NCBI GenBank assembly: GCA_945874535.1
Contig: CAMCGZ010000001.1
Span: 28,471 to 92,470 of the forward strand
From: Bdellovibrio sp. ZAP7
Lineage (GTDB): Bacteria; Bdellovibrionota; UBA1018; CAIMNF01
DNA: 64,000 nucleotides
Direction: 5' to 3'
A program made the translations under genes and the position numbers. Below, in pieces: positions 29,289 to 39,666 of this stretch (position 1 is the first letter of the stretch; every line of letters starts with the position of its first letter). The notes beneath the pieces are model-generated. The model was not told where the DNA came from, did no database searches, and saw only the letters and a list, made by a program, of their open reading frames with translations.

Positions 29289-30161
29289 ATGAAAGCGATC
29301 ACCACAATCCTTTTTGGATGCCTGATTATTCTGTCTTCTTGTGCTTTGGGCCGGATCAATCCGTACTTGAGTCAATCGGCTGACGCGGGCTCCTCGCTCA
29401 AGAGCGACAAAAAAACCGAAAAGCTGCTCACCAAACTCTGGTCGGAGCGGCACGACAGTGCTTCACTTTCGAGATTCATCGAGATGGCGAAGCCCCTCGC
29501 GCGGAGCCCGGGCGACTCGCGTGAACGATGGCTCAAACTTGCGCGGGCCGAGCACCTGATGGCCGAGTTCTACACTGAGTCGGGCCCGGAACGTTTGCGA
29601 CTTTATCTTTCGGCCGCCCACCGCGCCGAGGCCGCCCTTCATCTTAACCCGGCATATCGGGATGCCGTAAGCCGCCCCCGGGCATCGCCGGAAGACGGCC
29701 TCACAGCCATCGATCGGGCCGACCTCGATGCGGCCTACTGGTTCGCCGAGAGTCTCTACCGGTGGTCGGTGGAATCCGGTCCGGAACGCGAACTCAAGCA
29801 CCGCCGGACGGTGGAATTGTTTTTCAGCAGGATAGAGAACCTCGATCCGGGATACAACCATGGCGCGGTCGAGCGGCATTTCGCGATCGAACATGCGCGC
29901 TCGCGGGACGGGGACCCCGAATCCTGGAAACGCAGCCGGGTCCGCTTCGAGTCCCTCCTGAGGCTACATGGCGAATACTTTGCCAACTCCGTGGCATTCG
30001 CAAGATACTTCGCGCGCCCGACGGGCGATGAAGCGCTTTTCAAAAAACTCATCGACCGGGTCCTCAAGGATTCACCCGCAAGTCACCCCGACTCGATTTC
30101 CGAACAGATTCTCGAACAAAAACGGGCCAAGGCCCTTTCAACCCCCAAGAAGGCACCATGA
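29289..30161 (+). CDS. Putative lipoprotein, alpha-helical, unknown function
   Basis: Signal peptide plus lipobox (LIILSSCALG). The ORF-track extension upstream is antisense to the STAS gene. The stop overlaps the start of the M16 gene. Confidence 0.5.
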   Translation: MKAITTILFGCLIILSSCALGRINPYLSQSADAGSSLKSDKKTEKLLTKLWSERHDSASLSRFIEMAKPLARSPGDSRERWLKLARAEHLMAEFYTESGPERLRLYLSAAHRAEAALHLNPAYRDAVSRPRASPEDGLTAIDRADLDAAYWFAESLYRWSVESGPERELKHRRTVELFFSRIENLDPGYNHGAVERHFAIEHARSRDGDPESWKRSRVRFESLLRLHGEYFANSVAFARYFARPTGDEALFKKLIDRVLKDSPASHPDSISEQILEQKRAKALSTPKKAP

Positions 30162-32776
30162 CCCTCGCGCACAAACCGGAAGAATACAAACTCTCCAACG
30201 GCATCCCCGTTATTTTCCAACACCTCGACGGCCATGTGGGAACCTTCCACTGGTGGAACCTGACAGGGAGCACGGATGAGTCCGGCCCGGAGGCCGGCTT
30301 CGCCCATTTTCTCGAACACATGCTGTTCAAAGACGCGGGAGCCAAGGAAACCGGTAACGCCTCGAGCGGACAAACCGCAAGGCTGATCGAGTCGCTTGGC
30401 GGGGAGATCAACGCCTACACCACCTTCGACCAGACCGTCTACCATGTCACCTGCTCGGAGCAGTATTGGGAAAAGGTGATCGACCATTTTGGAGTGATGG
30501 CCGCCCCACAACGCTTCCTTCCCGAGGACTTTGAACGTGAACGCGAAGTGATTCTCGAGGAGCTGCGCAGAGGGCAAGACTCTCCCGATCGACAGTTGTA
30601 CGAGGATCTGTTCGGCCTGACTTACAAGAAGCATCCCTACGGTCGCCCCGTGATCGGTTACGAGAAAATACTGAAGCAGGCCAAGGTCCGGGACCTGGAG
30701 CGCTACTACCGCAAGCACTATGTTTCATCGCGGATGGGACTGGTCCTCGTGGGCCCGATCGCAGATGAAAAAGGCGAAAGGAAAAAACGCCTGCTGCGCG
30801 TGCTGGAAAAACGTTTCGGGAAACGGGTGATCCCCGAGCGTAAAGCCGCTCCACGCGCACTCCCTGCCGAAAAGCCATTGCAGGGTTTGCGAACGAAGGC
30901 GCGACACTTCGACATTCAGACCCCCGAACTGGCGATCTCCTTCCGGATTCCCGAGCTCACCCATGCGGACGCCCCCCTGCTCGAAGTCCTCTCCGGCATT
31001 TTAGGAACCGGCGAGTCTTCCCGACTCTACAGACGCCTGTTCTATGATCGATCCTTGGTGACGGACATCAGCGCGAGTGTCTACATCCCGAAGGATCCGG
31101 GAATGTTCCTGATCTCCGCTGAGCTGAAAGAGACGGGAGACCTCGATCAGGTTCTCGGTGAGATCGTTTCAGAAATCCGCAAGGTCATCGAGGATGGCGT
31201 GGACCAGGAGGAAATCGATCGCGTGATCGCTCTCATCGAGAGCGAGAAGCTTTACGCCACCCAGACGGTCGACGGTCTCGCGGGCAGGATCGGTCTGCTG
31301 CGATTCTCGCTCGGAGATCTGCGGTTCGACACCGAGTACCTCGATCAGATCAAGAGCGTGAACGCCTCCACCCTCAAGCGCCTCGCGAGAGAATACCTGA
31401 CCCCGGAGAGAATGAGCCTCGTGCTGTTCCAGCCGGAGGCGGAAACCCTCCTGAAACTCTCCCAGGTCGAAAAAATCATTGCTCCCCTTCAGTCCGCACC
31501 TGCTCCGGTAAGGGCCAAAGCCTCGAAAACGAAGTCCGGAGAGCCCGAGATCTTGACCACTCCTTCGGGCTTGAAAGTGGCCTATCTCGAGCGGCCCGGG
31601 ACTCCGGTATTTTCCATTTATGCTGCCGCCTATGGCGGATCCCGATCCGAGATCGGGCTCGGAGATCAGTATTGGGGCGCCAGCCACCTGATCTCTCAAA
31701 CCTGGGCAAAAGGAACACCCGAGATCGACTCACGAAAGCTGAGCGCCTTGATCGAAGGTTGCGCCGCTTCGCTCGATGGATTCTCCGGAAGGAACACCAT
31801 CGGGCTCCAATCGACTGGCCTGATCCGTGACTGGGACCGCCTCTCCACGCTTTTCTCGGATGTGTTTTTCAATCCGGCATTTTCGGAAGACGAACTCGCG
31901 CACGCCAAGCGCGTCACTCTCGACATGATCCGCTCCATTCCGAATCACTCCTCACAGGTTTGCTCGCGGTTGTTCATGGAGAATCTTTTCGGAGACCATC
32001 CCTACGCCCGTTCGCCGATCGGAACCGAAGAGCAGGTGGAGCGGATCGGATCGACCGACTTGCACCACCTCCACCAGACCTTCATCCATCCCGGGAATCT
32101 TTCTCTTGCCGTGGTGGGCGGGGTATCGCGACACGCATTTGAAGAATGGCTCGGTCGATTCGATGAGACCCTTTCGAAGCAAAAAAGCCGCTTCGTACAA
32201 GATCGGCTGCCCGCGCCTGCCACACTACCCGCTCCCCGTTGGGCCTCCTCGCGCTTCGACCGTGAGCAAGCCCACATTCTGATCGGCGGGATCGGCCTCT
32301 CCATGTTCGATTCAGACCGCCACGCGCTCCGGATTCTTCAGAACATCCTGGGCGGGCAGAGTGGCCGTCTGTTCATTGAGCTCAGGGAAAAGCGTTCCAT
32401 GGCTTATTCGGTCGCCCCCACCAGCATGGAGGGAATTGAGACCGGCTATGTGGGCACCTACATCGCTTGTGCGCCAGGCAAGAAGGACGAGGCTATCGCA
32501 GAAATCAGGAAGGTGATCGAAACCCTCGTGAAAAAGGGCCCTTCGGCCGCCGAACTGGAGCGAGCCAAGAATTATTTCCTGGGGCAACAGGCGATGAACC
32601 TGCAGAGCACCTGGTCGCTGGCTGCGGGCTACGGCCTCGAACTCCTGTACCGGGGGAGCATCATTTCGGACTCCGAGGTCAAAAAGAGGATCCTTTCCGT
32701 GACCTCGAACCAGGTCCGCGCGATCGCCAAGCGACTCCTGCTGGATGCCCCACAATTGACCGTAGTGGTCAGCTAA
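30158..32776 (+). CDS. M16-family (insulinase/pitrilysin-like) zinc peptidase, tandem M16 units
   Basis: HFLEHMLFKDAG inverted zincin HxxEH. ~870 aa with an internal duplication. Confidence 0.85.
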   Translation: MTLAHKPEEYKLSNGIPVIFQHLDGHVGTFHWWNLTGSTDESGPEAGFAHFLEHMLFKDAGAKETGNASSGQTARLIESLGGEINAYTTFDQTVYHVTCSEQYWEKVIDHFGVMAAPQRFLPEDFEREREVILEELRRGQDSPDRQLYEDLFGLTYKKHPYGRPVIGYEKILKQAKVRDLERYYRKHYVSSRMGLVLVGPIADEKGERKKRLLRVLEKRFGKRVIPERKAAPRALPAEKPLQGLRTKARHFDIQTPELAISFRIPELTHADAPLLEVLSGILGTGESSRLYRRLFYDRSLVTDISASVYIPKDPGMFLISAELKETGDLDQVLGEIVSEIRKVIEDGVDQEEIDRVIALIESEKLYATQTVDGLAGRIGLLRFSLGDLRFDTEYLDQIKSVNASTLKRLAREYLTPERMSLVLFQPEAETLLKLSQVEKIIAPLQSAPAPVRAKASKTKSGEPEILTTPSGLKVAYLERPGTPVFSIYAAAYGGSRSEIGLGDQYWGASHLISQTWAKGTPEIDSRKLSALIEGCAASLDGFSGRNTIGLQSTGLIRDWDRLSTLFSDVFFNPAFSEDELAHAKRVTLDMIRSIPNHSSQVCSRLFMENLFGDHPYARSPIGTEEQVERIGSTDLHHLHQTFIHPGNLSLAVVGGVSRHAFEEWLGRFDETLSKQKSRFVQDRLPAPATLPAPRWASSRFDREQAHILIGGIGLSMFDSDRHALRILQNILGGQSGRLFIELREKRSMAYSVAPTSMEGIETGYVGTYIACAPGKKDEAIAEIRKVIETLVKKGPSAAELERAKNYFLGQQAMNLQSTWSLAAGYGLELLYRGSIISDSEVKKRILSVTSNQVRAIAKRLLLDAPQLTVVVS

Positions 32777-32858
32777 ATGCCTTTGATTGTCAAATATTTG
32801 GCTGGTTGAGCCCCGCCCTTGTTCTTGGCTATAATCAAGAGAGGAGGGGCCCGTCTGC

Positions 32859-33485
32859 ATGGCATTAAAACCCGGCTCCGGCTCGACATTCACCCTGGAC
32901 CTGACGCCCGAATCGTTTTTTTTCGAGCTGGTGAGAACCGCTGCTGACCGGAGAAAAATCCGGATCCAACCCGAGACGGAATACTATGTAGTCCGCCTGC
33001 TGAACCGTTTCATGTTCAGCGAGTCCCTGTATTCCAAAAGTCAGGATGGATCACTCGAAGACCAGCCCCTTGCTTTTTTGTACAAAGAAGCCCTCGAGGC
33101 CGCGGCTCAGCCCGAACAGAAAACCCTGTTCCAGAATGTCGGCGATATCTCTCTTTTCAAGGCCGGGTTTTTCCAAGAAAGCCTGAGCCGGATGAATCTC
33201 GATCTCGGTTACTACATCGGACTCGGAGGAGCGGCCTACCGGAACGCTGCCGACCGAAGCGATGAGCGCCATTTCCGGGATTTGTTTTCGGATCTTTCCC
33301 GCCAGTTCGCTTGCATGGTGGACCTGCTTTCGGATGTGAGCGAGTCGACCACTTTCGCGAGAACCGAGCAAGACCTGATCCGGCTCTACGACATGTGGTC
33401 GCGCACCGGAAGCGAACGCGCGGCCCGAACACTCAGCAAAACAGGAATCCGCCTCGACAAAGACCGCGGACGCAAGGACTCCTGA
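32859..33485 (+). CDS. Hypothetical cytoplasmic protein
   Basis: ORF only; no recognisable motif. Confidence 0.3.
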   Translation: MALKPGSGSTFTLDLTPESFFFELVRTAADRRKIRIQPETEYYVVRLLNRFMFSESLYSKSQDGSLEDQPLAFLYKEALEAAAQPEQKTLFQNVGDISLFKAGFFQESLSRMNLDLGYYIGLGGAAYRNAADRSDERHFRDLFSDLSRQFACMVDLLSDVSESTTFARTEQDLIRLYDMWSRTGSERAARTLSKTGIRLDKDRGRKDS

Positions 33486-33495
33486 CCGCCGATCT

Positions 33496-34137
33496 TCATT
33501 CGGTCTCGAGCGTGAGAGCGGTCATCCGGTCTCCGACCTGGATCTGGCTCAATACCTCGACCCCTTCCACCACCTGTCCGAATACCGTGTATCGCCCGTC
33601 AAGTTGGGGATGGTTTCCGAGACTGATGTAGAACTGGGCGTCTGCGGAGTCAGGGTCCTCCCCCCTTGCCATGGCAACCGCACCGAGCACGTGCTTCCGG
33701 GGATTGAATTCGGCCGCAAGCGCTTGCCCCGAACCGCCCGAGCCGGTTCCGGTAGGGTCTCCCCCCTGAATGACAAATCCGGGCTCTACCCGATGGAAAA
33801 GAAGTCCATTGTAAAACCCCTCTGAAACCAGCGTTGCAATGCGCTTCGAGGTTTTCGGGGCATCGAGGGGATAAAAGCGGAAGCGGATCTTTCCACGGGT
33901 GGTTTGAATGGTGACACGGAGAAGCGACAGCCCCTGCTCGTCTGCCTCAGCCAATGCCCTCTCCCACTCCGCTTTCAGGCCGGGGGTTCCCGAGGGCGGC
34001 GCCCCAGTCTCCGGGGTTTCGGTCGGTGAGCCCGAGAAAAAGTGCAGATAGACCCCGATGACCGAAGCTTGAATCAGCGTGGCGAAAATGACATTGCGGA
34101 TTCTCCTGGAACCGATCGTGGACGCCATGGTTGACAT
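33496..34137 (-). CDS. Cyclophilin-type peptidyl-prolyl cis-trans isomerase (periplasmic/anchored)
   Basis: LLFHRVEPGFVIQGGDPTGTGSGG and FGQVVEGVEVL motifs. N-terminal hydrophobic anchor. Confidence 0.9.
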   Translation of the reverse strand: MSTMASTIGSRRIRNVIFATLIQASVIGVYLHFFSGSPTETPETGAPPSGTPGLKAEWERALAEADEQGLSLLRVTIQTTRGKIRFRFYPLDAPKTSKRIATLVSEGFYNGLLFHRVEPGFVIQGGDPTGTGSGGSGQALAAEFNPRKHVLGAVAMARGEDPDSADAQFYISLGNHPQLDGRYTVFGQVVEGVEVLSQIQVGDRMTALTLETE

Positions 34138-34969
34138 TCCCCCTTCCGATCCACAAGATGGGCTGAACGTGGATCAACAGCATTCAAGCGCGTTCATGGG
34201 TTTTTGGCAACATCTCGAAGAGCTCAAGGCGAGACTCTTGCGCTGCCTCTATGTTTTTTTTGCGGGCTTCCTGTTCTGCTATTTTTTCACCAACGCCCGG
34301 GTTCTCCATTTTCTTCAAAAACCGCTGTTCGCCGCACTTCCGCCCGAGCAGCAACGCCTCTATTTCACCAGCCTGTTCGAAAACTTCATGACCCACCTGA
34401 AGATCGCGGGCTACAGCTCGCTTTTCTTTTTCTGCCCCTTCTACTTTTACCAACTCTGGTCGTTCATTGCGCCGGGTCTGCATTCCAAAGAAAAGCGCTT
34501 GGTCATCCCTTTCATCCTGGCTGCGAGCTTTTTCTTCGTTGCGGGAGCCGCCTTCGCCTACTTCGTGCTATTCCCGGTCGGATTCAAATACTTCATGGCC
34601 TTCGGACTCCCCGGGGACACCCCGCTTCTGACCATCGACTCCTATTACGGAACCTGCCTGAAGCTCATGCTCATGTTCGGAGCAGCCTTTGAACTCCCTG
34701 TGTTGCTCATCCTTCTCGGCTGGCTCGGGCTCGTCGATGCCGCAACCCTGAGGGCCCAACGCAAAAATGCCTTCATCGGGATCACCATCGTTGCCGCCTT
34801 TATCGCCCCGCCCGATGCCGTTTCGATGCTCCTCCTCATGGCCCCGCTCATGTTGATGTACGAAGGGGCTGCGCTGGTCATCTCCTTGATTGAAAAGAGA
34901 AATCAGCCAAACACCCCCACCCCTCCGGCCGAGCAACCCTACGATCCCTTCAGTGGACAATCCCGCTGA
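34127..34969 (+). CDS. tatC: Twin-arginine translocase subunit TatC
   Basis: HLEELKARLL N-terminal helix. 6-TM pattern. The start is ambiguous between 34127 and 34196. Confidence 0.8.
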   Translation: MVDIPPSDPQDGLNVDQQHSSAFMGFWQHLEELKARLLRCLYVFFAGFLFCYFFTNARVLHFLQKPLFAALPPEQQRLYFTSLFENFMTHLKIAGYSSLFFFCPFYFYQLWSFIAPGLHSKEKRLVIPFILAASFFFVAGAAFAYFVLFPVGFKYFMAFGLPGDTPLLTIDSYYGTCLKLMLMFGAAFELPVLLILLGWLGLVDAATLRAQRKNAFIGITIVAAFIAPPDAVSMLLLMAPLMLMYEGAALVISLIEKRNQPNTPTPPAEQPYDPFSGQSR

Positions 34970-35077
34970 ATTCGCCCCCCTTGCGGCCCCCCGCGGGCTG
35001 TGATACACCCGTCAGCTCAACCTCAACTCTTTGCTCGCGGACCTGGGTCCGGGGGCTTGAACCATAAGGAGAATCGA

Positions 35078-35461
35078 ATGAAATTACCTGGTTACGAAAC
35101 CACATTCATCACTCGCGTCGATCTGAGCGATGAAGGACTGAAAACCCTCAAAGAAAGACTCTTCGGCATCGTCAATGCTTACGGTGGCGAGCTCGTTTAC
35201 GAAGAAGACTGGGGAAAGCGTAAATTCGCTTACGAGATCCAGAAGGAAACTCGCGGCCACTACACCCACTTCGTGTACACCGGCAAAGGGGACATCGTTC
35301 ATGAGATCGAGCGGAACCTTCGCCTGCATGAATCCACCCTGCGCTTCATGACTGTCAATCTCGCCAAAGAATTCGAGAAAGACGTGTTCATGAAAGAACA
35401 GGCTAACGGAACCCCCCTGAAGCGCGAAGAGCGCGCCCCCCAAGCTGAAGTCAGCGCCTGA
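35078..35461 (+). CDS. rpsF: 30S ribosomal protein S6
   Basis: YETTFITRVDLSDEG...HYTHFVY, a canonical S6 sequence. Confidence 0.95.
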   Translation: MKLPGYETTFITRVDLSDEGLKTLKERLFGIVNAYGGELVYEEDWGKRKFAYEIQKETRGHYTHFVYTGKGDIVHEIERNLRLHESTLRFMTVNLAKEFEKDVFMKEQANGTPLKREERAPQAEVSA

Positions 35462-35478
35462 TCCGGAGGAAATGAATC

Positions 35479-35814
35479 ATGGCAAAAGAAATGTCTGAAA
35501 AGAAAGAATCCCGCTACAACGACGATATGGACGATGGCATGGACGAAGGCAGCGGCCGTCGTGGCCGTCGCTTCTCGAGCAGCAACCGCAAAAAGGCTTG
35601 CCGCTTCACTTCCGGTGAGGAAGATGCTGCCAACATCAGCTACAAGAACCCCAAGTTCTTGTCCTCGTTCATGACCGAGCACGGAAAAATCGTGCCCCGT
35701 CGCGTGACCGGCAACTGCGCCCAGATCCAGCGCAAGCTGACCACCGAAATCAAGCGCGCCCGTAACCTGGCGTTGCTCGGATTCACCTCGATCGGTCCGA
35801 ACTCGAACTACTGA
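35479..35814 (+). CDS. rpsR: 30S ribosomal protein S18 (with an N-terminal extension)
   Basis: CRFTSGEED...[30 protein letters not shown] Shine-Dalgarno upstream. Confidence 0.95.
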   Translation: MAKEMSEKKESRYNDDMDDGMDEGSGRRGRRFSSSNRKKACRFTSGEEDAANISYKNPKFLSSFMTEHGKIVPRRVTGNCAQIQRKLTTEIKRARNLALLGFTSIGPNSNY

Positions 35815-35819
35815 GAGGG

Positions 35820-36725
35820 ATGAAGTCCAAACTTCAAAATCGCGGGGCGATTCCAGGGCAACTTGCCCGGATCGCCCCGTTTTTTTTACCCTTCCTGTTT
35901 TTCCAGAGCGCGATCTTCGTCATGCTCTCTCCGCTACCCCTGTTCGTCCTCAGCCTGCGTGGAGCGCTTCCACTCGCACTGGGGGCCTTGTTTTCCAATC
36001 TGATCCTCACCCGTTTTGCGGGCGCGAACCCGAATGAACTCCTGGTCCTCGGGATTTTCTGGTTCGGCGTCGGCAATCTCTTTCCGCTTCTGATCCGTAA
36101 AACCGGTAAGATCCAAGGCAGCTTGGTTTACGCCTTTATTTGCATGATCCTGCTGTTTCTTGGTGCGCTCCAAATCCGGGCTCATGAAATCGGCCTCGGC
36201 GTGATCGATTACCTGCGTTCCGAAATTTCGATCGGCATGGATCACCTGATCCACCTTCCCAACAGCCCGGTGAAGAAACTCGTCGATGAACAGGGGCGGG
36301 ATGGGCTTTTCCGGCAACTGATGACCGAACTCCCTTCGGGGCTCCTGATCGCCCTCTTGTTGTCCCTCTGGGTGAACCTCCTGTTCGCCTCGCAAATCGT
36401 TCCGTCTTTTCTTTCAAAATCATTTTGGAACCGCTTCAAGAACCCGGAGTGGCTGGTCTGGCCGACGCTCGGCAGCGCAGCCCTGTATGCCTTCGGTGAG
36501 CACGCGCCGTATTATATCGGACTGAATTTGTTTAAGCTCTTGATGGTCTTCTATGCCTTTCAGGGTCTGAGCGTCCTCGGATTTCTGATGACCCGGAATG
36601 AAATCGCCGGCCTGGGCAGGATCCTGATTTTTTCGGTCGCCCTCTTCCTCGCCCTTCCCCTGGTCCTGGCACTGGGGTTTTTCGACCTTTGGTTTGACTT
36701 TCGTAAGAAATTCGGGCAAATCTAA
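35820..36725 (+). CDS. Polytopic membrane protein (DUF2232/YybS-like position between rpsR and rplI)
   Basis: 8+ TM helices. Synteny matches Firmicutes rpsR-yybS-rplI. Confidence 0.4.
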   Translation: MKSKLQNRGAIPGQLARIAPFFLPFLFFQSAIFVMLSPLPLFVLSLRGALPLALGALFSNLILTRFAGANPNELLVLGIFWFGVGNLFPLLIRKTGKIQGSLVYAFICMILLFLGALQIRAHEIGLGVIDYLRSEISIGMDHLIHLPNSPVKKLVDEQGRDGLFRQLMTELPSGLLIALLLSLWVNLLFASQIVPSFLSKSFWNRFKNPEWLVWPTLGSAALYAFGEHAPYYIGLNLFKLLMVFYAFQGLSVLGFLMTRNEIAGLGRILIFSVALFLALPLVLALGFFDLWFDFRKKFGQI

Positions 36726-36755
36726 GGGTTCCATTTCATTTATCCAGGAGATCCC

Positions 36756-37205
36756 ATGTTAGTGATTTTAAAAGAAAATGTAGATAATCTCGGCCGCATC
36801 GGTGATGTGGTGAAGGTTGCCGATGGCTACGCCCGCAACTTCCTCATCCCGAACAAAAAGGTTGTTGCCGCTAACGAGAACAATCTGAGCGCCATCGAGC
36901 ACCAGAAGAAGCTTCTCGAAAAGAAGCGCGCTGCTGAAAAGCTTTCCGCTGAAGAACTCGCGAAGAAACTTTCCGCCTTCACTTGCAACATCTCCCGTAA
37001 AGTGGGCGAGAAGGACAAATTGTTCGGATCCGTTACCGCGAACGATATCGCCGACGCCCTCCAGGCCGGTGGTATCTCCATCGAAAAGCGCCTGATTCAC
37101 ATCAAAGATCCGATCAAGGCTCTTGGCGTGCACTCTGTTGAGATCAAGCTCCTTCCAGAAGTTGTGACCAACCTCAAGGTTTGGGTCGTCAAAGAAGAGG
37201 CGTGA
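36756..37205 (+). CDS. rplI: 50S ribosomal protein L9
   Basis: MLVILKENVDNLGRIGDVVKVADGYARNFLIP, a canonical L9 N-domain. Confidence 0.95.
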   Translation: MLVILKENVDNLGRIGDVVKVADGYARNFLIPNKKVVAANENNLSAIEHQKKLLEKKRAAEKLSAEELAKKLSAFTCNISRKVGEKDKLFGSVTANDIADALQAGGISIEKRLIHIKDPIKALGVHSVEIKLLPEVVTNLKVWVVKEEA

Positions 37206-37209
37206 TCGT

Positions 37210-38607
37210 TTGAAAAAACTTCCGCAGGATCTCGAGGCCGAACGTTCGGTCCTGGGAGCTGTGCTCGTGAACAACAGCACACTCGACCAGGTTCGTGAGG
37301 TCGGCCTCGAATCCCGCGATTTTTTTCTCGATGCCCATCAGAAAATTTATGAAACCGGCTGTCACCTGCTCGATCAGGGAAAACCGGTAGATCTGGTCAC
37401 TCTCACCTCCACCCTTCGCGATCGCGGATGGTACGAGAATATCGGCGGAATGCAAACGCTGACCCACCTGTTCGATCAAGCCTCTTTCCACATCGCCAAC
37501 GTCGTTCATTACGGAAAGATCGTCCGAGAAAAGGCTCTCCAACGCCGACTCATTGAAACCTGTTCTTCCATCATGGAAGAGGGATTTACCGGGGTCGAAA
37601 ACACCGAAACCTACATCGACGCTGCCGAGACCAAGATTTTTGAAGTCTCGCAGAACCGCGCCCAACGTTCATTCTCCACTCTTTCTGAGGTTATTTCCGG
37701 TAACATGACCCGCGTTCAGGAACTCTTTCTTCAGGGGGGCGAGGACGTGGTCGGTCTACCAACCGGATTCCACGAGTTCGACAAGATCACCACCGGGCTC
37801 CACCCGGGCCAGGTGACCATTCTGGCTGCCCGCCCCGGCATGGGGAAAACCTCTTGGTTCATCTCTGCCTTGCTCCACTCCGCAGTGGTCAAGAAATCCG
37901 TTGCAGCACTGTTTTCGCTCGAAATGTCAAAAGAAGAACTCGGGTTCCGCTTTTTCTCCGCCATCAGCCGGATCGATTCGAAGCGCCTGAAGACCGGCGC
38001 GCTCTCCAAAGAGGAATTCCGCCGCTTGATGAATGCCGCCGAACAACTGGGACAGGCACGCATCCACATCGACGATACTCCCGCTTTGACGGTAATGGAT
38101 CTTCGCTCGCGCTGCCGGAGACTCAAGGCAAAAGAGAAAGACCTCAATCTGATCGTCATCGATTACCTCCAGCTCATGCGGGGTCCGAAGTCGAGCCAAG
38201 CGGGCGGGAACCGGGAACAGGAAATTTCCGCTATCTCCCGTGGACTCAAGGAGCTCTCAAAAGAAGTGGGCGTCCCGATCATCGCCCTCTCGCAGCTGAG
38301 TCGTCAGGTCGAGTCGCGTACCGACAAACGTCCGATGCTCTCCGACCTCAGGGAATCCGGAGCCATCGAGCAGGATGCCGACTTGGTGTGCTTCATCTAC
38401 CGGGATGATTATTACAACAAAGACTCGGACGAAAAGGGCGTGGCGGAGATCATCATTGCCAAAAACCGTCACGGCGAGCCAGGTACCGTCAAGCTCGCCT
38501 GGCTCGGCCAATACACTCTTTTTGCGAATCTCACTGAAGATCAAGGCTCGCCTTCCGGCGCTGTTGTGCGGCGCTCGAGCTCTCCTCCGGACGAATTCAG
38601 TCTCTGA
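37210..38607 (+). CDS. dnaB: Replicative DNA helicase DnaB
   Basis: N-terminal LEAERSVLGAVL. Walker A ARPGMGKTS. RecA-like C-domain. Confidence 0.95.
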   Translation: MKKLPQDLEAERSVLGAVLVNNSTLDQVREVGLESRDFFLDAHQKIYETGCHLLDQGKPVDLVTLTSTLRDRGWYENIGGMQTLTHLFDQASFHIANVVHYGKIVREKALQRRLIETCSSIMEEGFTGVENTETYIDAAETKIFEVSQNRAQRSFSTLSEVISGNMTRVQELFLQGGEDVVGLPTGFHEFDKITTGLHPGQVTILAARPGMGKTSWFISALLHSAVVKKSVAALFSLEMSKEELGFRFFSAISRIDSKRLKTGALSKEEFRRLMNAAEQLGQARIHIDDTPALTVMDLRSRCRRLKAKEKDLNLIVIDYLQLMRGPKSSQAGGNREQEISAISRGLKELSKEVGVPIIALSQLSRQVESRTDKRPMLSDLRESGAIEQDADLVCFIYRDDYYNKDSDEKGVAEIIIAKNRHGEPGTVKLAWLGQYTLFANLTEDQGSPSGAVVRRSSSPPDEFSL

Positions 38608-38670
38608 ACCCGTTTCGCGACGCGTCCTCTGACACTTGCACCCTCCCTCGAACGGGAGGACAATCTTCGC

Positions 38671-39666
38671 ATGTCACAACAAATGAATATTCAACAGCTT
38701 ACGGAAGTGATTCGCGACAAGAGTCGCTTCGTCGATACCCTTTTCGGAGAAGTCGGAAAAGTCGTGGTCGGGCAGTCCGCACTGGTCGAGAAACTCGTTC
38801 TCGCACTCCTGTGTGACGGGCACGTACTCCTCGAAGGACTTCCGGGTCTGGCAAAAACACTGACTGTGAAGACGCTGGCCCAGTCGATCAATGCCCGCTT
38901 CAACCGGATCCAGTTCACACCGGATCTCCTTCCCTCCGACCTGATCGGAACCATGATCTTCAATCAGAAGACCCATGAGTTTTTTCCGAAAAAAGGCCCG
39001 ATTTTCACCAACATCGTCCTGGCTGACGAAATCAACCGTGCCCCGGCCAAAGTCCAGAGCGCCCTGCTCGAAGCCATGGGCGAGCACCAGGTGACGATCG
39101 GTGAGACGACTTTCCCGCTCGAAGACCCGTTCATCGTTCTCGCGACGCAGAATCCGATCGAGCAAGAGGGAACTTATCCGCTTCCCGAGGCTCAGCTCGA
39201 CCGCTTCCTGTTCAAGGTCAAGGTGAGCTACCCGACCCTTGCAGAAGAAAAGATCATGATGAACCGGATGACCGCGAACGACCTCCCGGTAGCGAATCGG
39301 GTGTGCGACCCCGAAACCATTCTTGAAGCTCGCCGACTCTGCAATGACATTTACATGGACGAGAAGGTCAAGGATTACATCCTCAACATCATCTTCGCGT
39401 CGCGATTCCCCGAAAAACACGGACTCGCAGAACTCAAGGCGTTCATCAGTTCCGGAGGCTCTCCCCGTGCGACCCTAGCCCTCACCCGTGGCGCCCGCGC
39501 GAACGCATTCATCAACCACAGGGGATATGCGACTCCGGAAGACGTCAAGTCGGTCGCTTACGATATCCTCAGGCACCGCATTCTCCTCACCTACGAGGCA
39601 GAAGCAGAGAATGTCAGCTCGGATCAGATCGTCCGCCGAATTCTGGACCGGATCGAAGTTCCATGA
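38671..39666 (+). CDS. moxR: MoxR-family AAA+ ATPase
   Basis: Walker A GLPGLAKT. Typical MoxR length and C-terminal lid. Confidence 0.9.
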   Translation: MSQQMNIQQLTEVIRDKSRFVDTLFGEVGKVVVGQSALVEKLVLALLCDGHVLLEGLPGLAKTLTVKTLAQSINARFNRIQFTPDLLPSDLIGTMIFNQKTHEFFPKKGPIFTNIVLADEINRAPAKVQSALLEAMGEHQVTIGETTFPLEDPFIVLATQNPIEQEGTYPLPEAQLDRFLFKVKVSYPTLAEEKIMMNRMTANDLPVANRVCDPETILEARRLCNDIYMDEKVKDYILNIIFASRFPEKHGLAELKAFISSGGSPRATLALTRGARANAFINHRGYATPEDVKSVAYDILRHRILLTYEAEAENVSSDQIVRRILDRIEVP

